Source of the DNA: Trichinella spiralis
Lineage: Eukaryota
Direction: 5' to 3'
Assembly (NCBI RefSeq): GCF_000181795.1
Contig: NW_003526941.1
Span: 5,495,053 to 5,559,052 of the forward strand
DNA: 64,000 bases
Every line of letters begins with the position of its first letter. The stretch's first letter is position 1. This document shows, piece by piece, positions 25,380 to 37,022 of the stretch. The notes below the pieces were generated by a model. That model did not search any database. It worked only from the letters and a program-made list of their open reading frames with translations, and was not told the origin of the DNA. The position numbers and the translations under genes were made by a program.

Positions 25380-27921
25380 TAATGTGATGTTATTGAAGAT
25401 AATTTTTACAACTTCATGGTAATAAATATTTTTCTTCGAAAATTTGTCTTCTGATTGGATAAGAAAATTGTCTTGTTTAAATTATTTTAAATCACTTATC
25501 AGCGAATATTGTTACAGATGCAAATTTTGTGTTATCAGTAATCCAAATTGAAACTTCATTTTGTATACATTTATGGCACGTATTCACTGTTGCTTTCATA
25601 TTACTGATGAAGCTCATTGTAATTGTGGAAAATTTAACTGTTTCTTCTCTGCAGACAAACAACGTTGTCGTTTAGGTAAGCAAGTTATTATTTTAAATTT
25701 GTTTGAATTATTTTCTAAGTTTTGTTGTTTTAATTTTTTCTTCTGTACAATGCGCTACTTTATCACAGGGGGGTCTAGTGGTTTTTATGGTAATTTGAAC
25801 TTGATGAAAAGTAGTTAGGAATGTGATGTATAGTCGTGCATTTTCATTTGCTTCCTTGTGAACTGTTGAATTTTATAAGTTTCACGTCATTTCGCAAATT
25901 TCTTGTTTTTCTCAAGTTCTCACGTACAGTGTACTGAAATAGTATTTTTTTTACATTTGATTGAAAAGTTTAAAATGATGTTTATTTGCCTACTACAGTA
26001 TTTGATGTTTAAGTTGAAATGTAACTGGTAATTCATTTATTTAATCAAGAAATGTAAAATTAGTTGATTTCAAAATAAATATTTTAAAATTTTTTTCATA
26101 TATGAGTATATATCGAATATTATTGTTGTTGTTGCTAATGCGATTTTACATGTGCAGTTGCAATTCAGTTGCAGTTTTTTTATTCAAAATAATTTTGTTA
26201 AATGTATTACATAAGAGGGGTTTCAATTTTTATCAACTTTGTCGTCAAGTAATAAAATGAATTTCAATTCCTAGACGAGTGTGTGATTTGTTTCAAGTGG
26301 AAATTTTTCTTTGCTTTAAGAATGTTAATCACGTGATGTATATTTTTGTTGATTTTTTTGAATTGACTTTCATAATAACTTTTTGTTAGCAATATTGTTA
26401 AAAATTGATGGTTGATTTAGAAAAGAACAAGTGTTTTACTTTTAGAAAGCACTTTTGAAAGCTGGAGTGAGAGTGAGAGAGAGAGAAAATAATGTCAAAC
26501 AAGCTTTTTGATAACTCAGACTTTTTGTAAATATAATTTTAAAAAAAGCAATTTATTTTTAAACTTTAAATATATTACAAAATTAATTTTTGAAAAATAA
26601 AACATACATGTATGCTTATGAAAGTGAAAAGTTGAAATTTTTTTTTGTAAATTGCATGTAAGATATAGTAGTAGTTTTTGAATGCCGTTGTCCGAAGCTT
26701 TGTTTGCTGCTATTGTTGAACGCGGGCGGTGGTCGTTTGTATGTTTGCTTTAAGCTTCTATCAACCCCGTTTTCTTCTCGCTTCCAGGCTGGTGAAGCGA
26801 TTTGTTGAACGGCCGGAAAAATGTCTCGATTTTTCACATTTTCCCGGGTCCGACCAGCCTCTGGCTCCACTTCAAAATTTTCCACCCAATTCCAGTGCAA
26901 AATTTGATTGTTGTGCAAATAGATTACAATTTCTAAAAGTTTGTTTTTCGAATTTTCATCCTGCACAAACTTGCCCAACGATGATGCTTCATTCCAAACT
27001 TGTATTCGTCTGTCGTTCAATTTGCTAATTTGCGAGGAGTAGCAATTTTCAAATTTGCACATCTTTTGCCATTTTCTATATTTATATATATATTATAATA
27101 TGCAAAAGAAAAACATTCCCCTCAGTTGACCGACATACACGCACGGGGCGATTGATTTTCAGCGCTACATTATGCAGATTTTTTTTTGCAAACTGGTTTT
27201 CACAAACGTTCTCTTATTGAGGAAAATTTTCAACTGACTCGATGAATAATTTTTACAATCAATCAATTATTATCATGACTGTTTCCATTTAAATAAAGTT
27301 CAAGCTTATGACTCTGTTAATCCGGTGATGACTTGACATTTGCAAATTGTAGGGCATTTTTCAACTTTGACGCCGATGCGTATATTTATTTAACATTTTC
27401 AAGTTGAATTCGTTAATTTTCACTTTTAATCTTCCACTATTTTTATTTATATTTTTACTATATTTTAAAGAAAAGAGAACCAGAATATTTTAAACTATAA
27501 TTTTTAATCACTTGATGGCAGCGGTCAAGAAAATGAAAATAATCGGTACCTAGAACGTGTGCAAGCTTTTTTCGGGCAGTCTTCTAAAGATTGGATGGAA
27601 TTTTAATTGATCGATGAAAAACGAGATTGGGGAGGGCAGTGAGTAGATGGATATTTGTTTGTTTGTTTGTTACTGTGAATGGGGATATATTGTTCTAAAT
27701 AACAATAATTGGCAGCGGCACGGTTGAGCTAAATATAAAGATAGTGTGTTGTCTGTTAATGGTGCTTGTATGGGCAGGCAGCGATTAGGTTTGAGAATAT
27801 ATAAATGAGAGAAAGAGGGAAAGAAAGATATATATATATATATGTATATTTATATATATATAAACTGGAAAGTAAAGTTAGAATATGAATATAGAAAAAC
27901 CTGATCATCGATTCAATGACG

Positions 27922-29348
27922 TCAAGTGGATTTTTTGCTAGCGTCGGCTGCGGTTTCGTTTTGCGTTGGACGAACTTGTACTCTAGCGATAAAAGGTAAT
28001 GCGGAATTGTTCAGTTCTTTGAGAAAGCGTAGACCCGCCGGGGTGGCGTCGATCTTTAGGTTTTGTGTATTTGGTGCCTGACGATTTCGACTGTATGCCT
28101 GATTTGAAAGGTGTAAAAAAAGAGGTTCAAAATCGGATAAATTGCGCATTGTATGCATTCGTTTACTTTATTTTTTGCATTCATTATGTATTCCCAACGG
28201 TTTGCTACCGCGCGAGCAATGCTCAACGCTCTTTGGGAACGTCGTCCATTTGGATCCAACGTTTCAAAATCCTAAACACGAATTATTATTATTATTATTG
28301 ATATGGGCGGTTTATATTATTAGTTGTAGCTTGTACTGGATAATTGACGACACTTGGATTTTCGTCAGTTTGAATCTGTTGGTTGAAGTTGGGCGGCATG
28401 TTTGTCTCCGGATTAGGAGACAGTGGTGGTATTTGCACTTTTGACCAGTCTATTGGATTGCCTTCCCAAGTCACTGCCCACGGACTGTCTACACCTGTGG
28501 GCGGAAGTGGTTGCTGGCCAGAAGTGGGTGACCAAATTGGCAAATTGATGTCCAAGCTGGTCATCTGAGTTTGATCTTGGTTGGATGCAAATGGTGATGG
28601 AACTTGCATTTGACCAGCCGAAGGATTGAACGGTGCGAAAGTTTGTTGAGTTGCCGTTGGCCATGGTCGAGGCCAGTATGGTTGTGGAATTGGCTAAATT
28701 GATTGCAATGTGACAAGTGGGATGAAGGAAAAATTTCAAATTGACAAACTTGAATGCCGGCAGCTTGACAATATTTGCATATTTCTCGTAGAATATCTTG
28801 GCAGCGTTGATTTTGCTTGAAGAGAGAGAGAGAGAAAAAAAATATTGATACAAAGGAAAAATCGAATGGAAAGATAGATGGTAGAAGAATTTTTTTTACT
28901 TCGGTAATCGGCAATTGTACACCGCCGGGCCACATGATGTTCACTTGTCCACCGCCAACTGGTGGTGTTTGTATTGGACCGGGGAAAACTCCGCCGGGGC
29001 GTGGCTGCGGTTGGGGAGCGGTTGGTTGAAAAATCGAAGGGAACTGCACGCCGCCCGGAGCTGTGGGGCCGAGTGGATATGGTGCAATTCCGCCGGATCC
29101 AATGCAAGTCGGACGATCACCGTACATATGTGGACAACAAGATGACGTCGAAATCAAAATACAACACTGTGAACCACCAGGACTGACCAGTGCAGGCTGA
29201 ACAGAGAGAAAACAATATCTTATTAGCATTAACATTTGTTAAATTTCGGAATTATCATTATTACGTTCGCCTCGAATGCAGGATGCACAGCGTTTGTCAG
29301 TGTGACTGCGGCATATAGTTGAAGCAAAAGTTGAGCAATCGCCGCCAT
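27922..29348 (-). CDS. Predicted secreted Pro/Gly/Gln-rich protein with short Cys clusters, no recognised homolog (about 6 exons)
   Basis: Signal-like MAAIAQLLLQLYAAVTLTNA. Phase-0 GT-AG junctions link PALVSPGGSQCC..PITE | QNQRCQDILREICKYCQAAGIQ | PIPQPYWPRPWP..NPSVVNYP | DFETLDPNGRR..NAKNK | AYSRNRQ..SKKST-stop. Confidence 0.7.
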
Positions 29349-30709
29349 CGCCGATTGTCACTCTTCCTCTGTATGATAAAGCAACTGATTGCCAGCTAAC
29401 TTGCTAGCTAGCTAGCTAGGTGAGAAACGATGGTGAAAGTTGGTGACGTGTCCGGTTGGACGGCTTTTTCATTGGACGGACAAGCTTGGACCGGTCGACG
29501 GTTCAGATGAAAGGCATTTTCAAGCTGGTCACTTACTTACTCTTGAGCAGAAGCACCAAGCATATTGGCGGATGTTTGCTTGAACGAAAAACGTTTCACT
29601 TTATATTCAAGTGGTATTTATTGTTGATTAAGTTGAAATTTTCATCTCCAACGTTGGGCATCACGTTGTTTATCTATATCTATCTATCGATCGATCTGTC
29701 TACAAACTCTTCTAATTTTCCCTGAAACTGGACATTTTTCAAATTTAAACCAAGACTGAACACTTCTAGTATATATATATAGAGAGAGAGCAAATAATAT
29801 TTTTTTTGAACAATTTCAAATTAAGTTATTGTTTTCATTTCCATATTTATATAAGATAAAAGCATTTGATAGATATTTCTGAACTTTTTTATAGAATTAA
29901 GATTAGAACAGAACAGAAAAGTTTTAAAAAAAGTGCTTGTAATTATTTACAAAAGAGAAATTTTCAATCGGGAAGTTGCCAATACTGTATATAATTAATT
30001 TATCGATTTATACTTATATATGTATAGGTTTGAATTTTCTTTTTCATTTGATAATCGAATCCATTTAAAAAGAGACATGCATAAATATTTGAAAATGTCA
30101 AAATACGTCCCTCATTAATGATGATGATGATGACATCATGAAGCTTTTCTTAAAATTGGTCACCGTTTTACTCGATCGAATAAGACTGACACTGACAGTT
30201 GCAATTGAATTATCAATATTTGAATGAGAATGAGTCACCTGATTAGGTGTAAGTAAGCGGAGAATTTGTATGAAATCATCAACCAACTGTAGAAAAGTAG
30301 TTGTCGTACACCGAGTCAATGAAATTAACACAAATTTCAACAATCTCATTCAAAAAAAATTGTTTTTCGGAAAATTTGCATGAGACAAACAAAAGAAGAA
30401 GAAGTTCAATTAGCACAAAAGCACATCAGCATCAGGGGAAAAAAAGAACAATGTCGATCGAAGCGATGATGATGATGATTATTATTATTGAGTGAGCTAT
30501 TTAAGAACGTGCTTATATTGCTCAATATAATGAGCAAGCGTCTTGGATTTGTGTGCTTGGCTGGTAGTGGACCACCTGTTTTCCCAATCAACAACAGTTG
30601 GCCAAGGCGTCAACAAGCATAATAGCTTTGGCGCGCCGTGGCCAAGCTCCTTCTTGATTGCGCTGAACGTCGAGGGTGTCAATGGGGCAGTTTTCTTTTT
30701 CCACGCCAA

Positions 30710-31033
30710 TTAGTCGGGTCGATGCGGTGGTGCCGGCGACAATGGGCGACACTTGTTCTCCGACCCTGGCCAATCCGAACTTTTCTTGTCCCGCTTATCC
30801 AAGCTTACCGTTGACCATTGCTGACCAGACACGGCGTCACGCGTTTCCAACCAATCGGCTGCCCAATACTGTTCTACTACTGTTATTATTGTTCCACGTC
30901 TGTCCTTGTCCATCTGGTCAGCGACTAGCTTCAGTCTGCTACCAATTTCAACCGCACGTTCTCGCAGACGACTGTCCAAAGATGGACTATTATCGATCAA
31001 TTGGTCCGATTTATTTTCACTCCACTGCATCAT
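30710..31033 (-). CDS. Candidate BH3-only pro-apoptotic protein (PUMA/EGL-1-like); 3' end uncertain because of a strong GTAAGC donor near 30808
   Basis: 107-aa ORF after a TTCCAG acceptor (about 31064) contains RAVEIGSRLKLVADQMD (30955-30908), matching the BH3 pattern h-x3-L-x2-h-[GA]-D-x-h. Confidence 0.7.
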   Translation of the reverse strand: MMQWSENKSDQLIDNSPSLDSRLRERAVEIGSRLKLVADQMDKDRRGTIITVVEQYWAADWLETRDAVSGQQWSTVSLDKRDKKSSDWPGSENKCRPLSPAPPHRPD

Positions 31034-34000
31034 ATCATCATCGTTGCGCAGGTATTCTCTTACCTGGAATATATATATATAAATACCAGAAAAAAAATAA
31101 AAAAAAACGTTTACTTTACATTAAATCTATTTTATTGTTTTTTCCTTCATTAATAATTATCCTTTTACTGTTTTCTTTGAACCACAAACTTGGAAAACAC
31201 ACGGCATTACAGTAATGTTTTTTTCTGTAAAGTAATTGTTTTCAAAAAAAATATCGAATTCATTTTTTTCTATAAAGTGAAACTGATTTATTCATAATGC
31301 ATATTTTATATTTATGAATGGATTTTTTTTCTCTTTCAACTTGTTTAACAATAATTCAACTTTAACAATCATACCGAAAGTTCATCTGATTTTCAGGCAA
31401 TTGCTTACTATAATTACAAAACAAAACAACTTGACGTTCATTGTTGAATGGTGATAAAACATTATTTTTAACAAAAAAAGAACATTATTATTATTATTGC
31501 ATGCATTTTTGCGCAGAAGAGTGATTTAAATGTAAAAAAATTTTTTCATATCAGAAACTGTGAGAAAGTTGTAAATTCGTGTGAATTGATACTTTGATGA
31601 TGATGAATTACCTTTCTTTTTAACATGCGTAACAACTTGTCTCAATGTAGAAGAGAAAAACCTATTTGCGCGATACTATAGAATAATTTCAGTAACAGCA
31701 ATCAATTCGATGTACAAAGTACATCGATGAGAATTCATCTTCACCTTCTTTATAAGATGAAGTAAAAGAAATTATAAATCAATTCTTTACCACTTAAACA
31801 AATTACATTGCCAATTTCAAAGATGAAAAAAAGTAATAATAAATAAGCATTAACGATATTTTTACTTTACCATAACTGTTTTGAAAAGTTTGAAATAATA
31901 AAACATGATAAAATCAATAATGTTGCAAAATTATTAAGATTGTCTTTTTTTGCTTACCGTAAAAACTATTTAAAATACTGAATGAATATAGAAAAGAGAA
32001 ACTTACTTCAATGCTGCGTCTGGGCCGTTGATCATGTAAGCAAGTGAGCAGAATAACAAGACAAGAGATATATGCCTCTTGTGGAATTTGTTTTTTTCTC
32101 GAAAGCCGGTTTTCTCAGACAATATAGTTATTGTTTCCGAAGTAAACGGAATTTCTAATGTACAATTAAGGTGGAGTTTGTTATTTGCGTAGAAAAGCAA
32201 TATCTAGGCCACCTGTAAGAGGAACGTATGCTATGCGAGCAAGTAATATAAGCTGGAAGGTAAAGCGCTGGAAACGGGAATCTTTCGTCTGAGTTAAACA
32301 ACACCAACAAAAAGAAAAATATCCAACTTCAACCGGAGTACAGTATACTTGATCCAAGTATCGTAACGGATGGGTCAGCTTTACTTGAAAGATAAAGATA
32401 ATTCAGGTTAGATGTTGAAGAAAAAAACAAAAAAAGTGAAGAACAGAAAGAAGTTAATGAAAAGCAGGTTTCTACTGTTGTGCTAATGATCCGGGGTCAG
32501 CAAAGGGGTCAGTTGGGCAGAAGCTGTCGGCTGATGAGGCGAATGGACATCGACTTCGGTAGGTTATGCACTTGGCCGACAATTGAGTGAGTGGATCATC
32601 ATCGTGGGCGGAGCCGGTGGTCAACCGACTGACCAACGAAAACGATCCGCTCGATTGCAATAGCTGCTTGAACGTTGTGCAGCTGTGTTTAGCCAATTAT
32701 CGGCCGAGCGCATTAAGAATTTATGCAACAATAGCTTCATCGGCCTGTGAGAACGCGGAGCTGACTCATCCGTTGGGAGGTGAGTAATAGCGTTGTTGAG
32801 AACAACGCGACTTCTTCTTCTTTTCCATTTGGTCACTTTCTCTCATCATTATTTTTTTTCAATTTATTTATTTTTATTGTTTTTAATGACTGAACTCGAT
32901 AAGACGCCTTTAGCGCCGCATGAAAAGTCAGTTTTGTTGATCGAGACCAATTTTCTCGTCAACGCTATGATCATGCTCAAATTGAATCCCATCATTTTCG
33001 AGTGGCTTCAATTGAACGACTACGCCCACCAGGAAGCGAGTTTAATTACGCAAAAATAGCACAGCGCCTTGTCGCTTGCTCAGTTCGACCGTTCCCAGCG
33101 TTAGACACCTGCCGTCGACGGGTGCCCATCCTCTCAGGACCTCTCCACCCGGCTTACTGTAATGATAAATTGGCGTTGCTTTCCTGTCCATTAAACAATG
33201 CTCATAATTTTCTTTTGTTATAGTAGTATTCAATTTGTGAAATAATTATAATTTTTAAAAAATCAAGAAATTATTTAAAAACGAAATTAAATAATCGTTC
33301 TTTAATTTTCAACAATACTGTAACTGTGTATGTGTGGTTTTTTTTGAATAATTATTTCGTGTGTTCACTACAGAATAATGACAAAATGAAGATTGATTGT
33401 AATGCAGATATTTTAGTGCAATAAGAATAAAGAAAGAAATTACTCGAAATTGAAAAAAAAGCTGCAATGCAAAGAATAAGCTATTCAAAAATGTAGTTTC
33501 TATTAAACGAGTATAAACTGTAGTTGGATTTAACATAATAATATTAATAATCAGCTTTATTAATCGTATGAATATCAATACGATCAAAGAAATGAACAGA
33601 ACATGATTTGAAAGAGTTTCATTGCACAGTTGAAAGGGAGTTTAAAACAATTTTTGCCCATGAAAATTTGTTGATATACAGTCAGTTTTCAATTTGAAAT
33701 ATTAAGTGCACCTGATCGGAGATTATTTGTGGATTTAATGTCAATCTAGCACTAAGGAAAGAGTGTTTGAAAGGCGGGTTCTTTGATTAATTGTTTTCCT
33801 CCATATGAAGTGGCGTGACTGGGATAAAATCCGAGAGGAGAACCACCGCAAAACTGTGTTGTTGCTGTTCATACGATCCCCTAAGATGCAGAAACCTAAA
33901 AACGTTTTCCATTGCTTTTCTGCTAGTCAAGCGTGAAATCGATTCCCCTGGATTGGCCTTTCAATAGCCAACGGTGATTGAAACCATTCTTCCAAAATTA

Positions 34001-34740
34001 AGACCCAATCGGCATATTTTTGAAACGACGGTCCGATTGAAGCCACGGCGGCTAGGCTTTTTGTCATCGTCGTTGAAGCGAAAAACCGATACCGGCTATC
34101 CATTGCCAGTGCAAACAACGACGATTAACCCTGGTCGACCGGTCGCCAATTGACTGGTCGCGTGTCGGAACGAGCAGAAGGCTTCTCGAAAGCCACACAT
34201 CTCAGTTGATGGACCATTTTCCACTTGGCAACAAATCACTCAATCACACACGTGCAAGCTTTTACAAATTGACTGCTAATTTGCTGCTGAGCATCATCTC
34301 CAAGCATTAACAGGCACAAGGATCATTTTTCTCATAATTTCCCAACTTCAAAAGAAAGCTTTCATCTCAAATGTCAATTATATATACTTAAATATATTTA
34401 CAATGCTTTTTTAAATAAACACTAATGTTTTTAAATAAAAAATGCAAAAGAAATTTTCAACTATCAAATGTATGTGTGCAAGTATTAATGTTGAATTTGC
34501 ATGTTGATATTTTAAGTATCATATTTTAACAATTTATAAATTCTTGTATTTATTTAAAACGAAGAAATTATTTCTGCTAATAATGTTTTCAATTGAATTC
34601 AAATGTTCATTGCAACTGTTGCTAATTGAATCCTGATTGTTACGTGTACTGTAATGTGGAACAAAAGTGCTCATTTGTCAAGTTTGGTAAAAAAAAAATT
34701 TTTTCTTTCAACATCTTTTTCATTTTACACAGACATTGAA

Positions 34741-36845
34741 ATGACTGGAAATCAATACGACAATGCAGATTGTCTTGAGCGTTATGACATGAAAAAGCTG
34801 ATTGAATATTTGCATTCAACATCAGTCAAAAAAGTATTGATTTTTTGTTATTTTTTTATTTTAAAAAAGAGAATTAATTTCTTTTGTGACAGTTTTATCG
34901 ATAAAATTTTAAATACATTTATTTATTGCAGTGAAGTAGAATTTAATAATTTGTTTTTTGTCACATTGTAACAACACTACCGTTGTACATGAATGTGAAT
35001 GTTAAATATGTTGAAATATAAGTTGTAAAAATTACAAACAGTAACTGAATTATTGCATTTCCTTTATTAATTTCTTTTTTTTACTTGAATTTAGATTGCA
35101 GTTCAGTTTGCTGAAGAGTTTATTTCCGACTACGAATTGATTTGTAGTTACTTTGAAAATGCATTTCATTTGCGAGTTGCCGTTATTGGCGAAACCCCAT
35201 ACAACGAGTTAGTTTATTTTCACATGTAGTTTTTAAAGTATTTCATACATGACCACAGACAGTACACTGAATTGTAAATTTGATTTATTTTTGCTTTTAT
35301 TTAACCAACAATTTTATTTCAATATTCAGCAGTTATTTTACTCGGGGTCATAGTTTAATTTTTCATACCATGCATGATTTTTGTAGGCAGTTTTGATTTT
35401 CTTTTTAAAAATGTTGTTATTATAAAGTTTTATTTTTCTTAATTTTTGTTTGTTTACAGTTGTTGTGCCAATGAAACATTTGCATTGAAAGTTGGAGCAG
35501 AATGTCTTGCTTATTTTGGAGACTCGTGCCATAGTGAAGATGCCAGAACTACAATACCGATTTTTGTTGTGCCGAGGCAACAACCTTTAATCGACTTTCC
35601 AGTGGAAGCGATTACGGAATGGTTGATGAATACTAGTGAAGAAACGCGAATTATTATTTTGGATCCATATTTTTCTCACAAGAAAGGTAATTTAGTGAAA
35701 AATATCTGTATGTAGATTTGTTTCATTTAACAAATTTCTTTTAGATTACGTACAAAATATTTTCCAAGAGAAATGTGCCGTTTTCACTTTTCACAAAGAA
35801 CTTAATTTACCTGCAGACAGTTTGGTACTGTGGTACGAAAAGATGGATGTTCGATTTGATCATTTGGCGATGAAGCATCCAACGGTGAAATTTTACATTT
35901 ACGATTCAGAATTGCTCAAAATTGTCCATCTGAATGTGGCAACACACAAAACGCTGCGTAAGCGTTTGTATGGAATAGAAAAGGCCAGGGAGGCTAAGTA
36001 TGGGGGTGGGGTGTGGTTTTAAGCATTTGTTTTCAATAAGTTGCATGTAACTTTTACTGTTTTGAAGAACAGTTGGAATTTTGTTTGGTTCGTTGAATTT
36101 GCCCAATCGGTTGGAATTGGCCGACAGAATGCGGCAACTGTGCAAGCAGACCAACAAACGCAGTTATATGTTCAATATTGGCCAACTGACCGTGGCCAAG
36201 TTGGCCAATTTTCCAAATGTAGAAGTATTCATTTACATCACCTGTCCATATTCGACGGTACTTGACTGCGCCGATTTCTACAGGCCGATTGTTACGGTTT
36301 TTGAATTTGAAATTGCCTGCAATTCGAACAAATTCTGGAATCCAATTTCTGGCATGTTGTGCTCATTTTCTGAAAGCACATTAACAACTGGTTGAAATTC
36401 TGTTTTGATTTGTTTTTTTAAAGTATTTTAATTAATTAATTTATTAATTATAGACGGTGTCAGTGAAATGACGAATCAGATGGATAGGTGCAGTGTATCG
36501 TTGATTAGTGGCAGAGTTGAGCCAAAGTTGGAAAATTTTCATGACGAATCAACTATGTCGTTGCTTCCTCAGAATATGGAAATTACGCAAATATTTGCAA
36601 GCAGTACGTCTATCATTCACGTTTTATTCAACTCTCATCATCATCATCCGGATAAAGCAGTTTAAATAATAATAATAATTTATAATTTTTTTTCTTATTT
36701 AGATGATTTTCTACAAAGTCGAAGTTGGAAAGGCTTGGAAGAAAAGATCGGAGAGACGCCCGTTGAAAATGTAATTGAGGGTCGTTCAGGTTTAGCTGCT
36801 GGCTATACGACGGAGCCGAAGTGTGAAATTCAAAGCAACCAGTGA
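34741..36845 (+). CDS. DPH2: Diphthamide biosynthesis protein 2, 7 exons
   Basis: KKIAVQFAEE, ETPYNDCC, YFGDSCHS, IEKAREAKTVGILFGSL, GQLTVAKLANFPNVEVFIYITCP, FYRPIVTVFE, SLISGR, and the DPH2-specific tail FLQSRSWKGLE..GETP..EGRSGLAAGY. Confidence 0.93.
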
Positions 36846-37022
36846 TGAAATAATACACACCGATGTATTATTTCTTTTGCTTTGCTTTGCTTTTGCTGTT
36901 CCTCGAAAGACGGACAATAAAGCAAAAGAAATTATATCTAATTTTTGTTTTGGTATATGCAATGAATAATAATAATAATGATTCGTCAGGGATCGATTTG
37001 AATATTCTTTTTCTTTTCAATT

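Noticed and set aside
26616..27062. 148-aa minus-strand ORF (MCKFENCYSS...)
   Set aside because: No recognisable motif or convincing multi-exon structure. It could be a real orphan exon but cannot be supported from sequence alone.
31621..31642. Degenerate p53/CEP-1 double half-site upstream of the BH3 ORF
   Set aside because: Three mismatches plus a spacer in AT-rich DNA; not distinguishable from background.
32472..32787. GC-rich overlapping short ORFs on both strands, one ending at a GTGAGT donor
   Set aside because: No coherent start or acceptor and no domain similarity; more likely regulatory DNA upstream of the BH3 gene.
33039..33060. GTTTAATTAC resembling the start of nematode SL1
   Set aside because: Only about 10 nt match; no following donor GT or Sm site.
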